Assembly: GCA_043825875.1 (NCBI GenBank)
Contig: JBDRRF010000076.1
Span: forward strand, 32,001 to 96,000
Source of the DNA: Pseudomonadota bacterium
GTDB lineage: Bacteria; Desulfobacterota; Desulfobacteria; Desulfobacterales; RPRI01
DNA: 64,000 nt
Direction of reading: 5' to 3'
The notes beneath the pieces were generated by a model. That model made no database searches, was not told the DNA's origin, and worked only from the letters and a program-made list of their open reading frames with translations. Made by a program: the position numbers and the translations under genes. This document shows positions 59,542 to 64,000 of the stretch, piece by piece; positions within the stretch are counted from its first letter, which is position 1; every line of letters begins with the position of its first letter.

Positions 59542-60008
59542 TTTTAAATTCCTATCATAATAATTAATATACGTAATATGACTTTATTTGATACCGGGAA
59601 GAAATCTGTATGCAAAGTAGTTAATTTGTAAAGGAATTTAGAGCTTTTGTCAAATTTTTAGTGTGTTATTCTGTAATTGCTATTTATTATCTGTTAACAC
59701 GTATCACGTATAACACAGGAGTTTGTACTGTTGATTTCATCTGTGTTGATTACAGAATGAAACCTTGGGAAACAAAGACGTTTATCAGATTACTTCTTTC
59801 AGGAAGCTATACAATAAAAAAACAGTTGTAAGATTTTTCACGATCAGCAACCCGCCGGAAACGCAGCCTTCACAAGCGAAGTCTTTGTGAAAGGCGTGGT
59901 TGTAAAATATTTTAAAGGGCAGAGCTGTGAACTGTGTGGGCCTGACACCCATGTTGCCCGTCAATGCGACCCCCATTATTTCGGTCACGGCTCACGCCTT
60001 CATTAAAT

Positions 60009-60251
60009 TCACCGCATTTTAATAAACTTAATCCGAAGATAAACGGCCAACACAAACCATGCGACAGCAATTACATTCCATACCTTATTGTCGGCTAACA
60101 CCTCAAAGATCCTTGGCAGAAACACACATGAGAGTATAGATATCCAAAAAAATATTCTTACTACAACCTCATCTTCGGGCCTAGGATCAAAAATACGATA
60201 TAAGATACTTCTTTGTTCTTGATCCGATTTTGATGAATTCTTGTTTTCCAT
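60009..60251 (-). CDS. Small two-TM membrane protein
   Basis: 80 aa; GAGG RBS. Confidence 0.55.
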   Translation of the reverse strand: MENKNSSKSDQEQRSILYRIFDPRPEDEVVVRIFFWISILSCVFLPRIFEVLADNKVWNVIAVAWFVLAVYLRIKFIKMR

Positions 60252-60584
60252 ATCCTCTCGTTTCAGATGGAGAAAGGGGCCTCTAAATTGCTATAAATCG
60301 TCTTTGGGTCAGGTCTGCTCTTGGCTCTTGTATCGTATATGAAATATACTCAAGAGTAAAAAAGGGATCACAATTTCAGACCCGCACGCCTTTTGCATTT
60401 CTATTGAGCCAGAGTACCTTCTCCCTTGTTTTTGTACGTGATGGGCCATACCATATGTCCCAATTGCTTTCCTGGAAAATTGACAACTGCTAACGTTTTC
60501 GCCTCTACCCTCTTCCGTATTCTCTTCAATATCTCTCGGATTAGGATGAAATACAGGTCAAATGTAGACCCCATTACTGACCTT

Positions 60585-60652
60585 TCATGACGGCCTGTTT
60601 CACTGGGAGAGGCCGACTATCCACGATCCAGTGCGAGCTATTGCTGTTGAGG
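60585..60652 (-). other. Degenerate attC site
   Basis: R'' CCTCAAC nearly complements the cassette start GTTAAGG; arms CACTGG / CCAGTG; R' GTCATGA. Confidence 0.5.
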
Positions 60653-60700
60653 GAATTTTACTACTATTAACTGTTACGGCAGCAAACCATCAAAATCTAT

Positions 60701-61444
60701 TCAATTTAACAAGCTAAATGAATTTAGGATATATAGTAATTCTTCGCGAGTTTGTGTTGTTAAACCTTCTTCAGTTGGTAATTGTGAAGCGGTAACAACA
60801 AAGGCCAATCCATTTCTAAGTATAATTTTCGCAAATTGAAATACCCTTCCGATTGGGCTAATTTGTGAGTACACAATTAATCCCGAACTTGTATTCGCAT
60901 CTATCTTAGATAAATAAACCTCCCAACCGAGCACCTTCATTTTTTGTGTTGATAAATGCATATACTGGTCAGTAGTCATAGCTGCGCAATCTTCAACTAT
61001 AATATTTACATTTGGAACAAAATCTCCAACTTTTTCAGTTTTTGTTATCAAAATCGGAACATTTACCGATGATGGGATGCCATGCTGGTTTAAGGTTGCT
61101 TGATTTAAACTATTATTAGCTACCCATTTACCATTTGGCCAACTTATTTGAAATTTGTATTGCGCACTTGTATATTTGCAGATAATCCCTTCGTCTATAT
61201 CTCTTGCAGCTTTTTTTTCTCTAACAGATATTTCAGTATCTCCAATGGGTGTTTTTGTCGTTTTTGAAGAGAATTTAAATTTACCAACCCCAATTTCTGC
61301 ATCTGTTAAACGCGCGCTTAAATCATCGAATAAAATAATGATTGGTTTGCGAAAAATAATAAAAATAATCAAAAGAATGATTGGCCATGATGTGATCACT
61401 TCGATGAACCTAAGCAAAGCATCAACAAAGTCTTTAATTGCCAT
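60701..61444 (-). CDS. Membrane-anchored hypothetical cassette protein
   Basis: N-terminal TM (SWPIILLIIFIIFRKPI); C-terminal half resembles a PsbP/DcrB-like fold. Confidence 0.6.
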   Translation of the reverse strand: MAIKDFVDALLRFIEVITSWPIILLIIFIIFRKPIIILFDDLSARLTDAEIGVGKFKFSSKTTKTPIGDTEISVREKKAARDIDEGIICKYTSAQYKFQISWPNGKWVANNSLNQATLNQHGIPSSVNVPILITKTEKVGDFVPNVNIIVEDCAAMTTDQYMHLSTQKMKVLGWEVYLSKIDANTSSGLIVYSQISPIGRVFQFAKIILRNGLAFVVTASQLPTEEGLTTQTREELLYILNSFSLLN

Positions 61445-61517
61445 TTTTCACCTACTTTTTTCTATTACCCGTAGAAAAAACGGTTGGTTGGAATAAATAA
61501 AAAACAAAAAACGATGC

Positions 61518-61540
61518 CCTTAACGTTTGGGATATGCGGC
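61518..61540 (-). other. Half attC (L'-spacer-R' only)
   Basis: GCCGCATAT-cccaaac-GTTAAGG resembles the right halves of attC 55281 and 58134; no left arm seen. Confidence 0.5.
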
Positions 61541-61798
61541 AAACGGTGTAAATATAATAATATATTGAATAAATTTCCGTCCATACCGGAAATCCCGAGG
61601 CTATCATTACCATAACAAAGATTATATTGGCAACATATAATTGATATTATAGCAATTATCTTACTTGTTTAACACCTTCATGTTTACAGTTACACATCAC
61701 AGATCGCGGCATTCCCAATCTGCTTACAGCGACTATTTGTGCCATACGCATTTCGTTAATTACCCAGCGTTTGTCTATCTCTGTTCCGGGTATGGGAA

Positions 61799-62500
61799 TT
61801 AGTCTGGCTGCGATATAATAGGATCGGGCAAAATGATTTGGTCATTATCGATAGTAATATTTATGAGCGATTGTTTTTTTATGCTTCTTAGGCGGTTCAA
61901 ATCCACATTAAAGTATTTTGCAATATCTTCGTCAAAAATTATTGCTTCCGATTTGTTTCTTCTTTCTCCTCTTCTAAGAAACCACAAATAATTGTAAACT
62001 GTCCATCCAAGCATAATAAACAAAACCACCAGCAAGGCAGACCCGCTATTTGTTAATGCGTTTATAATTTCCTCAAAACCCCCGCCTATCAGATTTTCGG
62101 TGTAGTATAAATGAAATCCTAAAACCCACAGGCAAAGAGTTAATAAAGGCATTAACCAATATGCCCACAATGCCCAGAGGGCAAAAGTAAATGAGCCTTC
62201 GAACAGATAACGTACAGGAGATTTTAATTCCGGCTTATCAATGATTTTAGGTTGTGTACCCAAAAAATAAAATACAAAGACCAGCTTGTCATTTATCCCG
62301 CCTGTGAAATCAATCACGGGAAACAGCATCCGGATATCGAAAATTTGCATAATATATGAAAAAAGCGGCTTTGCCAGGCAAGCAAAAAGACCCCAGCAGA
62401 CAAGGGTTAATAACCCTTCTGAAAATTTTTGCAAACCGGATTTAAGCTCCGGCTTATCAATTATTTTAATGTATGCAGGCCTCTGTCCGGACTTTGCCAT
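61799..62500 (-). CDS. pgaD: PNAG biosynthesis protein PgaD with duplicated N-terminal module
   Basis: Follows pgaC; TFALWALWAYW...WTVYN...RGERR; IIDKPELKS occurs twice. Confidence 0.8.
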   Translation of the reverse strand: MAKSGQRPAYIKIIDKPELKSGLQKFSEGLLTLVCWGLFACLAKPLFSYIMQIFDIRMLFPVIDFTGGINDKLVFVFYFLGTQPKIIDKPELKSPVRYLFEGSFTFALWALWAYWLMPLLTLCLWVLGFHLYYTENLIGGGFEEIINALTNSGSALLVVLFIMLGWTVYNYLWFLRRGERRNKSEAIIFDEDIAKYFNVDLNRLRSIKKQSLINITIDNDQIILPDPIISQPD

Positions 62501-63726
62501 GTTACAGTTACCCTCCCGGTCTTTCTGATAAATATGTTAAAAACACCCACAATTGAGGCAACTGCGCTTATGACCCAGTATGCAAACGGGTACCAAACTG
62601 CCCAAAAATAGTACTTAAGAGAAGATTTCTCCTCATAACGGCTGTCAATGGAAATACTGACTATAAACTGAATCAGACATACCAAAGCAAGGATTGAACC
62701 TGTTTTTTTCGGTAATAACGGAAATGCGGTATTTACGATATCTGTGCCAAAATCAAAAAACCAAAACAATACATAAGAGACCAGCCAGAAAACAATATAT
62801 ATGGCCAAACTGTATGCCCATAAAGTTCCCACAACATACTCCACATAAACAGGCCATAATCTGCGCTGTCTTTTATCTCGCCAAATATTGCTGTGTTTTT
62901 TCAATACTTCAATGCCGCCCTGGGCCCAGCGAACTCTTTGCATGAAAAGTCCTTTGATGGTCTCGGGAACAAGCACCCAGCACAATGCCCTTGGTTCATA
63001 ACGAACATCCCAGAAATTCTTCTGGAGCTTCCATGTCATGTCTATATCTTCTGTCACAGTGTCGGCGCTAAAAAGACCACACTGGAAAAGAGCACTTTTT
63101 CTATAGGCCGCAATTACTCCTGAGACAGAGAGCATTTTACCCAAAATCCTCTGGGCTCTTTTTATAAGACCGATAATACTTGAATATTCTCCTACCTGAA
63201 TTTTACCAAGAAGAGTTGTCCTGTTTAACACTCTGGGGTTTCCTGTTACAGCCCCCAGTCTTGGATGAGATACGAAATGCCAGGCCATGTATTTTAAGGC
63301 ATCTTTACCTAGTATGCTGTCGGCATCAATAACTAATATGAAATGCCCTTTAGTAAGAAGCAATGCAGCGTTTGTGGCCTTTGCCTTTCCTCCATTAGGG
63401 CTTATATTAATTACCTTAAGCCAATCAGAATACTTTTTTACAAGATTTCCAAGAATACTGGCGGTGTTATCGGTGCTTCCGTCATTTGCCACTATTACTT
63501 CATAATTGGGATATTCAAGGTCTTTTAAATTCTCTATGGTTTGTTCGATGTTAGCCTCTTCATTATGCGCCGGAACAATAATAGTGAAGGGGGGATATGC
63601 ATCCAGCAAAGGTGCTGCCTTTCTTTCCCAGCGCATATAAAAAATCAACCCGCCAACTATCCATACAATGCTCATATAAAGTGGAAAAAGAAAAACAAAA
63701 TAACCAATAATTTCCCAAACAATCAT
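62461..63726 (-). CDS. pgaC: Poly-beta-1,6-GlcNAc synthase PgaC
   Basis: PAHNEE, NDGSTD, IDAD, VTEDID, QRVRWAQGG, WQSPDRG; start set at the ATGA overlap with the pgaB stop. Confidence 0.95.
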   Translation of the reverse strand: MIVWEIIGYFVFLFPLYMSIVWIVGGLIFYMRWERKAAPLLDAYPPFTIIVPAHNEEANIEQTIENLKDLEYPNYEVIVANDGSTDNTASILGNLVKKYSDWLKVINISPNGGKAKATNAALLLTKGHFILVIDADSILGKDALKYMAWHFVSHPRLGAVTGNPRVLNRTTLLGKIQVGEYSSIIGLIKRAQRILGKMLSVSGVIAAYRKSALFQCGLFSADTVTEDIDMTWKLQKNFWDVRYEPRALCWVLVPETIKGLFMQRVRWAQGGIEVLKKHSNIWRDKRQRRLWPVYVEYVVGTLWAYSLAIYIVFWLVSYVLFWFFDFGTDIVNTAFPLLPKKTGSILALVCLIQFIVSISIDSRYEEKSSLKYYFWAVWYPFAYWVISAVASIVGVFNIFIRKTGRVTVTWQSPDRGLHTLK

Positions 63727-64000
63727 TTTAGCAGCCACTCCTCAGGCAAAGTCCGTGTTGATATGATGGAGGACACAGAGTCCATATTCGGTTGGTTTTG
63801 GAAGACATTATCCGGGTAATAGGCCAGATGTTTGCCTCCCGATGACACCAAAAACCGCAGTTCTTTTTTTAAGATTGCATCACTTACAGGCCGATCATTT
63901 TTCCAGTCATAGCTTTGAACCTTAAAAATTACTTTATCTATAGCATGATGCTTTTCTACTCTGCTTACTATTTCGGCAAACCAGGTCTTAATTGCCCCCA
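63723..64000 (-). CDS. pgaB: 3' end of PNAG de-N-acetylase PgaB (partial)
   Basis: ...KVIFKVQSYDWK...GGKHLAYYPDNVFQNQP...EEWLLK*; directly upstream of pgaC. Confidence 0.8.
   Translation of the reverse strand, partial: GAIKTWFAEIVSRVEKHHAIDKVIFKVQSYDWKNDRPVSDAILKKELRFLVSSGGKHLAYYPDNVFQNQPNMDSVSSIISTRTLPEEWLLK

Noticed and set aside
59760..60000. Group II intron 3' end or 67-aa ORF
   Set aside because: GAGCCGT is present but no domain V/VI pairing follows; the ORF has no support.
1..64000. CRISPR array, rRNA, full IS transposase or reverse transcriptase
   Set aside because: No regularly spaced identical repeats, rRNA-like sequence, DDE transposase or RT ORF seen.

Overview
AT-rich bacterial chromosome segment. 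Gene content (rubrerythrins, sigma54 activator, kdsA-lptCAB-rpoN-hpf-ptsN-rapZ-tpiA-secG block) suggests a Desulfobacterales-like deltaproteobacterium; this is inference. A housekeeping core (19.5-28.3 kb) ends in tRNA-Leu(GAG). The tRNA is followed by a ~5 kb integrase-bearing element whose cargo resembles Patescibacteria/CPR or CPR-phage DNA: a truncated CPR-type pilin, DnaA-box-like motifs beside a promoter, a VRR-NUC nuclease, and an ~800-bp ORF-free, densely structured region containing a tRNA-like RNA with insertions. Two integron-type cassette arrays with no integron integrase in the window lie at ~4.0-8.6 kb and ~52.9-61.5 kb. Both have clear attC sites, several with mutated cores, and a toxin-antitoxin pair at the distal end. 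The first has a duplicated promoter and attI-like sites; the second carries TIR, HEPN-like, cyclase-like and Rap1a-like cassettes. Also present: three copies of a MITE (17-bp TIR, 4-bp TSD), one inserted in frame in a signal peptide; a sigma54 activator/VIT-vWA GlyGly-CTERM/rhombosortase locus; a hybrid kinase plus GGDEF-EAL pair; and the end of a pgaBCD operon with an internally duplicated pgaD. All product calls come from motif recognition by eye; no database searches were run.
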